Source: Amphiscolops sp. MND2022
Lineage: Eukaryota
Length of the DNA: 64,000 nt
NCBI GenBank assembly: GCA_964187785.1
Contig: OZ076409.1
Coordinates: 13,146,001-13,210,000 of the forward strand
Reading direction: 5' to 3'
A model generated the notes under the pieces. That model was given only the letters and a program-made list of their open reading frames with translations, made no database searches and was not told where the DNA came from. The position numbers were made by a program, and so were the translations under genes. Positions 36,831 through 50,432 of the stretch are shown here, piece after piece (the first letter of the stretch is position 1; each line of letters starts with the position of its first letter).

Positions 36831-39372
36831 TCAAGCGATATAGGCGAACCAAGCGATTAAACAGGGATGTGAAACTCATGTATCAACTTACCGATTTACA
36901 ACGAATATTGTGAATTTGAAATTTACAATATTGGAAAATTCCAATGTCCATGTGTGCATCAAAAGGTCAAGTACATGACACAACTTCTTTTGAAAAAACT
37001 TCCCCTGTGGTTGAAAAAAGAGCTCAAAGTTTCCATCACAACTAATGTCGCAAGTAATTAAGTGGCTTGCTTGCCCATTTGTAGCGACATTTGTTTCGAG
37101 GATCCGCAACTTCCTCGAAAAGGTTTTGCACCAAATGATAGGCGCGGCCGGGGCATGGGAAAACTCATTGCTCAAATACTTCCAGCTAATTTTCACTTCA
37201 TCGAAGTTTTGCTCTGACGCATCTGGAAAGCCTCGGCGCTGTCCTACGCAACACGTTAGCTCTTGAAAGCCCAAAACGGGCACATCAAAGCTTCATCCAC
37301 GATGAAGATCTAATTGTCAGAGGTGTCCAACATCTTTTCAACATCAGAAGGAAGACACTGTCCTGTCATCATGAAACATTCCCCGAACAGGAAATCAGTT
37401 GATCTTCGTATGCGCCTTTTGAGTTCCTTGTTTCCTTCTGATGTTGAAAAGATGAGAACTGCAATATCCGTCCTAATTCTCAAGATGTTATAGTGACTTG
37501 GCCAGAAAGGGGTTGAAGCCACCTGATGGTGATGGTGGTGGTGGTCAAATGATCAGAGAAATGTTCAACAGATAGGTGAAACAAGCAATTGAACAAAGGT
37601 GTGAAAATATCAATGTTACAATAATGGAAAACTACATGTCCGTGAATTCATCAAAATGTCAAATACATGACACTGCGACTTGCCGACGACTTTGTTCGAA
37701 AAAAATGGAAACGTATCCGAAAAACTTTCTAGATATTTTACACAATTTTTGTTTTTGAGGTTTCCGGCTAAGGAAAACAAAACCGATCTGTGTGTCGGAA
37801 GCGTGATATCTTCCATTTTTTGGCCCTTTGAGTAGTTGAGAGTTTTCTGGTGGAAAAGAACTGCTGCTTCTTTCAGCACTGTGCGACTTTTCTTCGAAGA
37901 AATTTTCTTAAGGTCAAAGGGTGCCCCCTTTGTTTTTATGAATGTTCTCGGCTTGAAAAAAGCATTTGCCAGCTTAAAGCTCCGTTTTCGGCACTGAGAG
38001 ACTTTTTTACCAGAGGAAATTGAAAAAAATCAACAGATTAGGTTTTGGATATTCTCAGTTGGGGGAAATGTCGTTTTCAAGGGTTATGGGTATCCCTTAG
38101 CGTATTTTCCGACACTGTAAAATTGATAAAATTTTCACGATAGCGTCCCTTTGCATGTTGTTACTCGCTGTTATACAAAAATAGTTCCACATTCATAAAA
38201 ACTATATCCAAAAGTGTCAATTGGATTTTTTCAACACATTCAACAAATTGGATTTTGGAAATGGTTTTTTTCACTGACAGGGAGCCGACTTATGATCATT
38301 CCAGTTTATCAATTTACACTACTGTTGAATTATTATAGCCATTTAGGCCAATTAGTGGTTCAGCGATTAGCGGTTAAAGTTAGCGATTTCAAAACTCTGG
38401 CTATGAATGACTCATATAATTCATTCAACGTTTCCTTCGTCATAAACTATTCGAGGTTCCGGTTAATCAATGTTCGTAGCTGTTTATAAAATCAATGATA
38501 GCTTGGTATCTTGTACTCAGAAATTTGATTTAATTAGTTCAACACCGAGCTTCGCTTTTCAGTTTGAACCAAATTGTTCGCTTTTGAGGTCACTTCAAAA
38601 CCCGATTTGAAAAATTAGTTTTTCGACACTTCATGTGGAATTGTTTAAATTCAACATGGTTTGGATAAAAGTTGCTTGGTTTTTGCATGTTTCGGATATC
38701 TCGGTTGTCTATTAGTCTAATTTTAACGAAACTGCTGAAATTGTGCAATGTTCGACAAGTCAGCGCTAAATTTGTCTATGTCGAAGAATGAAACGGTGTA
38801 TCGCGGTTGGCTGATTTAGTCGCACAATTCTTAACTGTGGCTCATTCATGACTGCGCTCTAAGAAAAACTCTCAACACATTTTCTCAATTTTACTACATT
38901 TACGGACAATAGTAAAACAGCAATGATTCATTTTGTTGGTTTTTCAATTTAAAAAAACAACGTTTTTCTGAATCATTTCGTGAGGATGTTTTTCCTTTCC
39001 CCAAGTGGAATTTTGCATTTCTTATAAAGGCCTCTTTATGGTTTTTATTATGGATGCGTTTTTCAACTGAGGCAGACAAACAATTGAGCATTGTTCAAAG
39101 ATGTCAGTTCGGATATAGAAAATGGTCAACATTCAATGACATTGCAGATGAAGGAAGCAAGTGCTTTGTTGTTCCATGTTAAGCGGCATTGTTTGCGCTC
39201 TTTCGATTTATTGGCAGTTGATTTTTAGGCCACAATAGGCGGAGATATTTTTTCTCGTCTTTCCTCGATTTCACCACTTGTGCTGCGTAATTTTTAAAGT
39301 TTGTCGTAACCAGGTATGTGAAAAAATATTGAATTTGAATATATTGACAATAAGTATATTTTTTTGATTTTT

Positions 39373-39676
39373 AGTCGGCGCATTTTCCTTTAAGGAAAAA
39401 AGCCCGATTATTACAGTGACTAGTTTTGTTTTCGTCAGACAACAGAATGTATGCGTAGTGGACACTTTTTACAGAACTACTAAACTGCTACACCGGCAAT
39501 CGGAGACGCATCTAACTTAGTGCAAAGGGTCTCCTTTTTCATTTTCTCCACTATTAACGTAAGATATAAAACTGAAGTTTCAAAAAGCCCATAGGGTCTC
39601 CCCTTTTACAAATTTTAAAACATTGCGCTTTTTGAGCCTTAGTTATAGCGCCGACTTTAGACGTTCCCGTCTTGTT
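39373..39676 (+). mobile_element. HINE-like family A, short complete copy
   Basis: Both sub-terminal inverted repeats, the 3' hairpin and GTCTTGTT are present. Confidence 0.75.
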
Positions 39677-40176
39677 AGCTTTATACAACATAATAAAGTA
39701 ATTTTTATTCCAATGAATTTGTGTTTTGGGTCAATATTTTTTGATATTCATTTCAATGTTGGCAGGTATTAACACAATGTATTATTATGATCATTTAGGC
39801 AAACTACACAAAACTCAAATCAACTTCTTGGCCAGTTGTTAAAAAGTATTTGGATTTAGTTACTAGTCGTGTAGAAGGTGAAATTATTGATGGTTATAAA
39901 TACAGTCCAAGAAGTGTACAGACGAAATTTTTGCTCGAATATTTTATTACTCTCACAACATTACAACATTTAACAATATATTTAATAGATTTATTGTTAC
40001 CCAGCAATTAATTAATATATTCATTTTTAAAAAAATACAAATATTTAAATACAATATTTTACCTCCCTGCTCATAACCAGGCAAGCTTCGCCGACCACAT
40101 TGTTACCGAATATTTTCGTTCCTTACGTACCTATGCTGTTTCATCTCGAATACCGCCTATTATATTCGTGATTGAA

Positions 40177-40934
40177 TGGTGTGAAGAGAGAATGCGACCT
40201 AGAAATTATGCATGCGCTCTGCAAATTTGCAAAACCTTGATTAACTAAGTAAAGAATAGGATCTCAACATCTGCAAAAGACATCCGGAGACCCTGGAAGA
40301 AGTTTGGAATTATGCACAAGAACAGAGTTGGCAAGTTTGAAGAAAAAAATCGTTTTGAACACAGCGGGAAAAAACATGAATAAAACACATAAAAAACATG
40401 TTTTTTTTCGTTTGTATGTAGTTGTACTAAAATGCCATCGCAACGCGAAGTTTGCTGATATAGCGGGCAATCTGGTTTCGGCGATACCAAGTTTAGCCGG
40501 ATTGGAGCGACACTTTTCGACAATGGGGATGAGTTACGGGACTCTGAGGTCCCGTCTGGGAGTCGAAAAGGCCCGAAAGTTGTGTTTTTTGTATAAACAA
40601 CTGAATGTGATGTGATCTGTAAAGATTGGGAAAAAACATTTTTCGGAAAAAACATGTTTTTTTTAAAAAAAAAACCAATTCACGGAAAAAACACAATTTC
40701 CGTTTACTCAAACTTGCACAAGAACTCCGGTTGAGTACATAGTAAAACTTTACGACTCAATTCCTCGACGATTACAGCTAGTTTTTGCAAAAATAGGCTA
40801 TTCAACGAAATTTTAGTCTTTTTTCTACGTAATGGTATGTTTTGTATCTTTTTGGATACGTTTTGTTATATTTTTGATTTGATTTCATTTCAATGAAATT
40901 TTATACGGAGTTGCATTCTTTCTTCACACCACTG
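40177..40934 (+). mobile_element. Tc1/mariner deletion derivative
   Basis: TIR TGGTGTGAAGA(G/A)AGAATGC and its reverse complement ending CACCACTG|TA. Transposase C-terminus HPETLEEVWNYAQE..PVEYIVKLYDSIPRRLQLVFAKIGYSTKF*. A third TIR ends at 42589. Confidence 0.75.
40323..40716 (+). mobile_element. hAT deletion derivative (same family as 3439-3843) inserted in a Tc1 relic
   Basis: 8-bp TSD CACAAGAA. Reads PSLAGLERHFSTMGMSYGTLRSRLGVEKARKLCFLYKQLN. Right TIR truncated. Confidence 0.78.
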
Positions 40935-43900
40935 TACATTTGGTCTTTTGATGCCATATAATGTGGTTGGTTCTGTTGTTGAAGCTTGCGTGGGTTTATC
41001 AATCAATTGATTAAAATATTATAAAAATAGCCAATCCTGGTAGCTAATAATGTACAAGCCCTATTGGTATCCACGCCTTCGTGGTTTATAATAACCAGCT
41101 CGGTTAGTCGAGATACTTCTTGATAAGCTTTTTTGTATCTTGAAAACTGAGCTTGTCCCGGGTCGCTGTTCTTTTATGCCGAATATGACCCATTATAGGT
41201 TGTTTTTGAAGTGCGATACTGATAACTGATAAGAGTATAAAAGTATTACCGGCTACCTCTTTTCCATGCTTCCTTTCTGTACTGGATCACCGATGTCTGG
41301 ATTACTTTTCAAATTTATCGACAGATCGGCGAAATTTGGAAACAACAAACTTATCTTCCTGAAATTCAAACAACTTTGTTTTCATTTAATTAATACTTGA
41401 TCATATCAGTGTTTCCTCTTTATTTCGCAAAGAAATTTCCCACGGAAGACCTTATTCAAGTCAGCATTACTCTAACAAGCTTGTCTTGGGATTTTTGGCC
41501 TATAAAAGTTGTAAAATACAAGAATTTCAGGCTTTTATTTTGCCTGAATCTTATCAATCATCGCTGGCTCGCTGATACAAAAGCCAACTTCCAAAACATA
41601 CAATATTGAAGCTTGATGAAATTTCACTGACATTCACTTAGTTATGATATTAGCTTCCACAATACTGCTCGGCAGTGGGACTTGAACGCCAAATAGTGTC
41701 CATTACATGAAATCTTAGTGACAGCTTTTGTGTTAATTTCATCGTGTACAGGCAAAAGCGCCCCATTCAAAACACCAATTTTATACTCGAACCGACCTCT
41801 CTAATACCCGAGGAGTTGCATTTTTATTGCTTGAAGTTATTTGATTTTAATTATCCAGTTCCGACATTTTTACACCTTCCAATTCGGTATTACCAATGAA
41901 AACATGTCAACTTGTTAGCTTTGACATCTTTGAAAAAATATGTAAATTTGTTGATGAAGCAATTCGTCGATGCATTGTTTTAAAACGAAAAACTCAATTA
42001 TTTAATTGGAGTGGCGAAATTCCTTCAAGTAGGTGGTTAAAAAGAATCTACAACCCGTATTCGCCTTTGTTTGGGGCGCGTTTGACTGTAATTTGGGCTC
42101 TTATTACATTCTTTGGGTTTTCATTATTTTCTGACTAGGGGGGCGTTTTTGTCAGGCAAGCAATGTCATAGAATCTGAAATTCATCTTTGTTCTATCATT
42201 TAACGGTGCAATATTCGTAGCACAGCGGAATCTAAGCAGCCTATTGCATGTAAAGGTACAGGTATCGACCGATTTTGAAGAGCGGACTGGTAAATTTAAT
42301 CTGAAGAAGCATTGTGCGAAAGTTCATACCGTAGATGTAAAAACAATGCGACTATTGTCTTACCAAGTTGTTAAGTTGTTTACACCAAGACTTTCTGCAG
42401 TAGTTTCACCATGACAACAAATCGGCATCTTTGCACATGTTGCGTTCGCTTGTTTCTTGTCATGGGCTCATGCAAGCCGTTTCTGTATCAATGTACACCA
42501 AATTGAACCATTTCGAATAGTTTTGGAGATATGAGACTGCAAAATTAGCCTTTTGAGCAGCTAAGTCGCATTCTTTCTTCACACCACTGTACGTTGTATG
42601 TTGTTGGCACTTAGGAATTTTGAATCAAGATGAGCGAAAGTTCACAGCAAATTGGTAGCGTCAGTAATTATGAGAGCGCGTTATGGTTCAATATGTACTT
42701 TATTAGCTTTTATCCTTGATAAAAAGTGATATTTTTGTTTCCGCCTTCGTAATAAATTGAGAAACATGTTATCTGATTTGCAAATTCGGCGGTAATCAAT
42801 TTGAATCATAAAACGAGGCAGTGAAATTGATACGCAGATCTCACACATGATTTTCTTGAAACCTCTTTAAAAGTCACAGTTATGATCTCAAGTTCATATC
42901 TCGTCAATGTTATCGTCGTCTTACCAAACTAGCAGATGGTCGAATAGTTCAACTTAAGATCAATCGCAAACAAATTTGCCATCCTTCCAATGTTTGCCCA
43001 CGATAATCGGGCAAAAATGCCCCTCAAACACCCTAAACCCAGCCTTGAAATCGTCCCATGCTGCGCTTGAACTGCGGTCTGAGATTTTATATCAACACGT
43101 TATTGAATATATTGCCGTTTATATTAGAATTTGTGGCCCACAAAATAAGTATATTATTCGAAATTTACGTACGTTGTCCAGCTATATAGCCAAATGACGG
43201 ATTAGAGGCAAATGTTGGTTTCCAAAAGGGTTTTGTTATCGCTAAACTGCTCATATAAAAATAGCATTTTGACTGGAAAAGTTTTTTTCCCGAACTATTA
43301 AACGTTTGATTTTGAGTAGCTTTCAAAATGGAATGAACAATTTTGCAAGAATCCTAATTTTGCGAGAAAAAACAGGCTGGGTTTCACATAGAAGCGCGAA
43401 TAATGAATAACGGCTAAAATTCAATGTTTCAAGATAGGTTATGAGCATGACTTGGCTTTAGACTTTATTCCCGTTTTGCATTTAGACGTTATTCCTGCTA
43501 GCCGGGTTTACAGTGGTAAGATTTAAAATTGCTAATTAGAGGCGTCAAAACTCTGGTTTTGATTGTTTCGTGTGATCATTTTATAAAAATATCCGCATTC
43601 AACTGTGCGCTGAAACTTGTAACAGGTACCGAAATCAGTTACATTTTCTTTAAGAGCTTTGATTTTCTGAATTTTTGCGTCTTGAAGAACTTACAATGAG
43701 AGTTTGCTTATAAGTTCATCAAGTTTGATTTGTCACGTTTCGGTTTTTCGTTTGTCTCAGCACTTCCTAAACACTTTTACACGCCGGTTAGTTAGTTGTC
43801 TTCAATTGAGATTTTTTCCGGAAGCGTAGCCTGGAATTGTTGACTTTATTGATCATTTTTCCACGTCCTAGACTGGCTTCGCATTTTATGCTCGCTTTGT

Positions 43901-44632
43901 TTACACTGGCTTTCTTTATTCGCCCGACAATAAATCAAGCTTTTAGCGTTATCAAAGTTCCTGAAGTCCAAAATGGGTTAGATTCGAAACTTTTCATTCC
44001 AACTGGCGTGATCGGAGGAGAAAGCCTCTGAGGTATTGTACAATCTGCTTAGATTTCCGTGCAGTGTTGCACTTTCAATTGTTCCTTACAACTTCCGGGG
44101 TTTAGTCTATTTCCCTCTCAATTTTGTCACGAGTTTTCCCGTTTAAAATTACGTAATGACCTTTACAGGCGGCTGAGTGTTTTACGTAACAGTATTGCAA
44201 TTGAAGACTACAAAAGCGCAAATAAGCCCCGAATTTTATCTCTTATCGGGCGATGACTATCGATGGAGCATCACTTTTTGATGAGGAGTCAAGTAGGTAC
44301 TTGAGGAGAAGCGCTTTGGTTTTTACAATGATCAAAGTAAGTACCCCTAGTAGACAAAAAGCATATCATTCTGAAGTGAAGTTTGTCGGGATCTTGAAAA
44401 TCTCTTGTGACTCCTTTTCTCAGAAATGTTTTCAACTTCACTGCTAACGATTCTTCAGAATTCTATCTTCCCTTATTTTCCCTAGTACTTGCCCCAAACG
44501 GTATTTTGAGTACTTTTGAGTGTTATAATCATTTTCAAAACCATACTTTCCGACTAGCTCATCTCTCATAGTAACAATATAGTTATCATTTTTTAAAATT
44601 CCTGTCAAATTCTGCGGTCAAATTCTGTGAAG

Positions 44633-45011
44633 CAAGGCTGGCACGTTTGTTTTAAACTGTTCTAAACGGCAGTAAAAACATGTTTTAAACAGTAACAAAA
44701 AACATTTTTTCACGAGCTATGCCTCGCACCAAAGAAAAATCTTCAACCTGAAGAGTTCCGACAAGGCATGACTTACATAGAAAACTCTATTTTGGGCTTT
44801 ACCTATGATTCTGGAACAAATTTAGGTGTGGAGAAAGCTGGCACGCTCGCATTTTTCTTCTGGCAGACAGTTGAGCTCTGAATAGTTGTACTCTCTTTGT
44901 GCATTGAAATTAAGCTTTCAACCTTACTCTTGCAACAAACAGGAAAAAAACAATAAAGAAACAAATAAACATGTTTTCATTCGGATCAAAAACACGTTTT
45001 TCCCAGCCGTG
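44633..45011 (+). mobile_element. hAT deletion derivative, older copy
   Basis: CAAGGCTGG..CCAGCCGTG ends, TSD CTGTGAAG/CTGGGAAG, LGVEKAG remnant. Confidence 0.6.
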
Positions 45012-45186
45012 CTGGGAAGGTTCATCAATTGGTCCGTCGTGTTCTGATTTTTTGATCAACTGAGCAACCATTTACATTTTCATTAGTTTAGCCATGGATA
45101 GTATGGTAAATGGTGAATTATATCATGAAATAATCCGACGAAGTGAGAGCGAATTCCCCGTTCCTGCTTTCATTCAAAACTTCATT

Positions 45187-45478
45187 ATTTTCCGCCCACA
45201 TATTATGGGGGAGGAAAATCATGATATGTGATGCGTTTTTAAAACAAATTTTGCCAAATCTCCATCATCTTCATCCACTACTTGACTATTTTTGAACTAA
45301 AATAGTCAAGTAGTTACTAATGGTAAATTCTGCCACGATCTCCATCCACTACTTGGCTAGTTTAGTTATCTGACTATTTCAGTTACTACAATCAGTAGGT
45401 TTTGGGTTCGAATCTCGCTTCCGCCTGATTTTTTTTGATAAGGCGGAAAATATCCCGGTGTTTAGCGGGCGTCTTGTT
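45187..45478 (+). mobile_element. HINE-like family B copy
   Basis: ATTTTCCGCC ... GGCGGAAAAT, then a CCCG..CGGG hairpin and GTCTTGTT. Confidence 0.7.
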
Positions 45479-47005
45479 TATTGCTAATTGTGATATTGGC
45501 CAATTTCCATCACGGTGCGCAAGCTGCTTAGCAGTCAGACGCCCACTGCCATACAGAAGGTAACAAATTTTTTGTTATTTTTGTTACGACTAAAAATGCA
45601 GTCAACAGCAATAATTTGGACGCAATTTTGGTAACGAAATTATAAAAACCAAAATGAGCTCAGTTTAATCGATTTTACGTGCACCTTGTTCAAGGATTTA
45701 AAAAAATACAATAGAAAGTGATACGCCATACGATACATTTTAAAAAATACCAGATATTTTGAAATTATTGTAGAGCATGCATGTACACATGTATTGTGAG
45801 CATTTACATGCGGTGCATTTTCTTGTGCTTGTTTGCGGAGAAGATTGCGACATGATAGATGGCGACAAATATTGATCGCGTGATTATGTCTCTACCTGAA
45901 GAACCGTCATGACACGCAGGTAATCCTGTAAAAATTGAAAAATTGATCAAAATGATGGATTATAGAAATGATGGATGGAAAAAGATTGACTGCCGCTGAA
46001 CAAAAGGTCAATTGCGATGTTTCATATTTCCTTCAAAATGTAGATTTGATGCCAAATTTTGCAAATTGATTGATAGTTATATTGAACGTATGATTTTTTT
46101 GCCTTAAGCTCGATATGATGAGGATTCGTAGACAGTTCAAACGTATCTTTTCTGAAAAGACATTCTACATGCATTTGTCCTCATGAGAATGCTTAGTGCC
46201 AAAGATATTGATTTTCCGTCCATATTTACATACAGCTCAATTGTACTTCTTTCTACCGTTGCTCGCCATTTTTTTGTTAAAATGTACACTTCAACTACAA
46301 AAAACTCGTGATTCACAGTAGCAAACGCATCAAAGACATTTACAGGATGAAAGCGCTTGTTATATTTATCCAGCTTTTACTCCTAAGAAGCTCCTCATTT
46401 TTCTCTTCACCTAACCAAACAAATGTAAAGTTTGAATAAATAGAAAGGTGTTGTAACACTTCAACAACGGAATTCTCGTGGCTCTTTCAGCTTCATTACA
46501 TTGCCTTCGAAGTTTCAGGTTATTTATATTTTTGAATACGAATTTAAGTGGAACTTGTAATATTTATAAATAATTGTCCTGATAATCAGTTGACCGGTAT
46601 TCCCTCATAAATTTTTAACAATATAGAAAATTGAGAAAATACGAAAAAGTGGCTAATGTGTTTCAGTCTTTTCGTTATCCACTCGAAATTGCCTTGTTAG
46701 TCACCACTATATTGTTTGTGTCTTATTTCCCCCATGCCGTCGCGGGGGATAAGAAACAAGCTACAAATACCATTATGTCGACATCGTTTGCGCCGAAACT
46801 TTTACCCAAGAAAATGATTGATGTCGACATAATCCTATCTTTCACATATTGACTCCCAGTTAAAAGTTGCTCATTTTAATTTATAGCAGATAAAATTTGG
46901 GGCTTTCCTATACAATTTTAGCTTGTTCCAGAGGCGAATGTTTGCTTTTTTGTCAGAAAAATATCAAAAACCTGATAGTTTTTTTTGCTTCAAGTGTCGA
47001 AAAAC

Positions 47006-47566
47006 TAAAAGACTTGAGTTTGTGTCGTTGTATGAGCAGAGGTGTAAAAATTGATATTGTATTGAAATATATTGCAATTAAATACAATTAATATATTTAT
47101 TTAGTTGGAGCAAAAATACAATATATTTATTAAAATAAGGCAAATATTGTCAGAGCTCTACAATATATTGCGCAAAAAAATTATTCCAAAATAGAAAATT
47201 TCATTAATATGCATTTTAAACGGACTAGAAGTGAAAGACTATCAAGGGAGAAATTCACTAAGCTGTTCGCTAATTTCGAGAGTGTATACACACTCGAATT
47301 CAGCGAACAGCTTAGTGAATTTCTCCCTTGATAGTCTTTCACTTCTAGTCCGTTTAAAATGCATATTAATGAAATTTTCTATTTTTCAATAATTTTTTGC
47401 GCAATATATTGTAGAGCTCTGACAATATTTGCCTTATTTTAATAAATATATTGTATTTTTGCTCCAACTAAATAAATATATTAATTGTATTTAATTGCAA
47501 TATATTTCAATACAATATCAATTTTTACACCTCTGCTCATACAACGACACAAACTCAAGTCTTTTA
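47006..47566. repeat. 561-bp near-perfect palindrome without spacer
   Basis: Arms of about 280 bp centred on GTGTA|TACAC (47286/47287), with a few mismatches and one indel. Confidence 0.95.
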
Positions 47567-47890
47567 TTTATAAGTTCAGAAAATTAAGTTCTATTTAGAT
47601 TCATCTTTTAGGGTTTTAAGAGGGTTTTAAGCATTCATTTACAAGGCAAACATCCCAATGTTGTTTATTTGTATAAAGAAAGACTATAGTCTTTCTTTAT
47701 ACAAATAAACAACATTGGGATATTTGCCTTGTAAATGAATGCTTCTTTGCCCAATAAAATATTTCACAATCTATTGTTTTTCTAAAATATCGCAGGACAA
47801 TAATTACAATATATTTATTGTTGAAATTGAATCAAACAATATTTAATTTTTTTGAAAAAATATATTCAAATACAATATTTCACACCCCTG
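47037..47890. mobile_element. hAT-type MITE containing two fold-back palindromes
   Basis: CAGAGGTGT..ACACCCCTG ends and perfect 8-bp TSD TGTATGAG (47029-47036, 47891-47898). Confidence 0.8.
47629..47744. repeat. 116-bp palindrome
   Basis: 58-bp arms centred on AGACTA|TAGTCT, one mismatch. Confidence 0.95.
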
Positions 47891-49192
47891 TGTATGAGGT
47901 CTGCAAATTAGTTTTGCAAACGAGTGGCATCGAGAAACTATTCAAATATCTAACAAGCAGCATTCGAATCAGTTTCGATAATCTGAGTGCGTTGCAGCTC
48001 TAAAGTCTTTGAAGGATCATCATCTTCAGAACTAGAAGAGTTCTTGAGACAATGAGTAATACAAACGAGAAGTTTTAAATTTGCAAACATAAGTCTGCTT
48101 TCAACATGTAACTCCTTGTTTATCATGATGGCAGTTTTACTTGTGTTCTATTGTTCATACTTGCATCTGCAATTCGAAGAACGAATTTTTGATCTATTTT
48201 AAAATAGAATCACGCAATCATTCTGAAAAAAGCAATGCAATCATTGCAACAACACTCTTTCAAAACTTCCGAATTCAGAAGCTTCCCATTTTGTGAGAGT
48301 TTTTGGGGTTTCGTTGCGATTCAGCTCAAATACTGTTATCATTGCGAATTAATGGTACCATCTTCGTAGAAAAACTTTTGTTAATCTGAAATACTTTCCG
48401 CATCATTTCTGGACCACAATTTACAATCAACACCAAAAATTACTCGTTCATAAAATGAACGTTGCCTGTTTTTTTTCGAACAGTGGTGGTTACAACATAC
48501 AATTCACTGCAGTTTTTATACAATAGTCGTTTCATGCCCCCGTCAATGTTGCATTTGCGCGTCTAGTGAGAAATCGAAGCCACGTTTGTGAACTTTATAA
48601 GCACGACGAAATTTATTATGCCTCCCAATTTTTTGTAATGTTACAAGTTTGTGAAAGTCTGTCTACCTCCGCGAACAATGTGAATATTTTATGGGGATGG
48701 AAACAAAAACAGAGCAAGCTGATGAAAATTCGTTTTTGTTCGCCTTTGTTCAATAATTCATAACGTCGATATTCGAATCTAAAATCCAAGTGATTCTTGT
48801 TTCCCATCTCATATTCTCTCATTATTCCTTTACAATTTCCAACTTACTGTGCGCTAAATTCCCCATTTGTGAAATTACTCTCTTGGCGGCACTGGAATTA
48901 AACTTCACAGAGATTCATCTGGTTCGTTTTTCAGAAGTTTCTGGTTAATAGGCGGGACTTCGCATCGAGAAGTAATTAAGAATATCAAATTTACAAAATT
49001 AAGTATGTTACTTGTATTTGTTACATTTTTGTGTGGAGCATCCTGTACTTACATCACTGGGAAGTTATCTACTTTTCCTTTCGAGAGTTTTCAATGGCCG
49101 TTTCTGGAATTGAGTTTCTCTGAGTGAGTCATTTGATTTTATACGGCTGGGAAAAGCCAGGAATTCCCTTTTGGTGGAAAATATGACAAGTA

Positions 49193-49660
49193 CAGGTGAA
49201 CCCGCTCATAACGAACCGCTTGGTGCAAAGAAAAAAATCGTTATATGTAGAAGAACTTCGCTATAAACAAACCGAAGAAAAAAGTTGCAAAAACAGTAAA
49301 TATTAGCGTTTTTCAGAATAAAGGCAAATCGAAGTTTGATTTTTTCTGCATTTTAGACTTATTGAGCAATTTATTTCGCAAAATTTCGATTTCTTTCTGT
49401 CCTTCTTCCTGATCAAATTGTTTGGCAAAATAGTTATCCAATACATTAATTGAGAAAAGCCTAAATAGGTTGTTCATAGTAACATGCATAGTGCAAAATC
49501 GTGTATTTCTGAGAAATCAAGTTCGTTATGAGAGAATCCAATTCGTTATTAGCGTGATAATTATCACTTAAGTTATGAAGTAAAAACGGCGTGCAGCGAA
49601 ATCAGTTCGTTACAAAAGGAAATTCGTTGTAAGCGGATTCGTAATAAGCGGGCTCACCTG
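49193..49660. mobile_element. Tc1/pogo-type MITE
   Basis: TA|CAGGTGAACCCGCTCATAACGAA ... TTCGTAATAAGCGGGCTCACCTG|TA. Confidence 0.8.
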
Positions 49661-49806
49661 TATACTGTCTGTCAGTGTTGCTGAAAATAAATCCCTGATA
49701 CTAACCTAAATTGTGCTCCGGAATAGCGAAAAATATCCGGTCTGCGTTTCCAACAGAAACAGAAAATTTTAAATGTTTCTGCATGAGCCGGAGCGTTATT
49801 ACATTA

Positions 49807-50144
49807 AACAAGCCGGAACCGGCCCAAGTCGGCGCCATATCCAAGGCTCAAAAATGGCAAAAGGACATCAAAGTTTCAAAGTATTCTCTTCTACAGCACT
49901 AAAATTTTTTTTTGAAAAAAGTCTCACAACGCCGAAAAAAAACTGAAATGGGGGACCTTCTGGTCTCGTCCGGCATTGTATGTTATGCGGGAAACTTTTT
50001 GGTTCTGTTCCCTGGGCCAACAGGTGAAATTTGAAATTTTGTAGAATTTTTGGTAGAACTATTTTGGTCAGTTCAGGTGGTCTTAAAAACACTGACGAAA
50101 AGCCATGACTATAGTCGACTCTTTTCTCTAGAAAAGCGCCGACT
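49807..50144 (-). mobile_element. HINE-like family A copy
   Basis: AACAAGCCGGAACCGGCCCAAGTCGGCGCC ... AAAAGCGCCGACT. Confidence 0.72.
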
Positions 50145-50432
50145 AAAAGTTGAAATGATTTTTTTCATACTCAAGAATATAATGACTACTCAGCATGGTT
50201 CGGAACTACATATCAGATTTTACGTATCGAAACTAACTTAACCTCTGTTTAAAAATGGACACTTCGGATACATTGAGTGGTTTGACAAAAAAAACTAGTC
50301 ATTGTAACAGGCGGGCACTATTCTGATGAAATACGCCCACTAACAATTGTTTAGTGCTGGGGAGAAGGATTTGAGATGTACGTGCCGCGAGAAGATCAAA
50401 TGAAGAACATGTTACCTGTTTCGGGGTTTATT

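Noticed and set aside
40940..44460. Fragments resembling decayed retroelement or Tc1 coding sequence
   Set aside because: Apart from the Tc1 TIR ending at 42589, the motifs are too eroded to assign.
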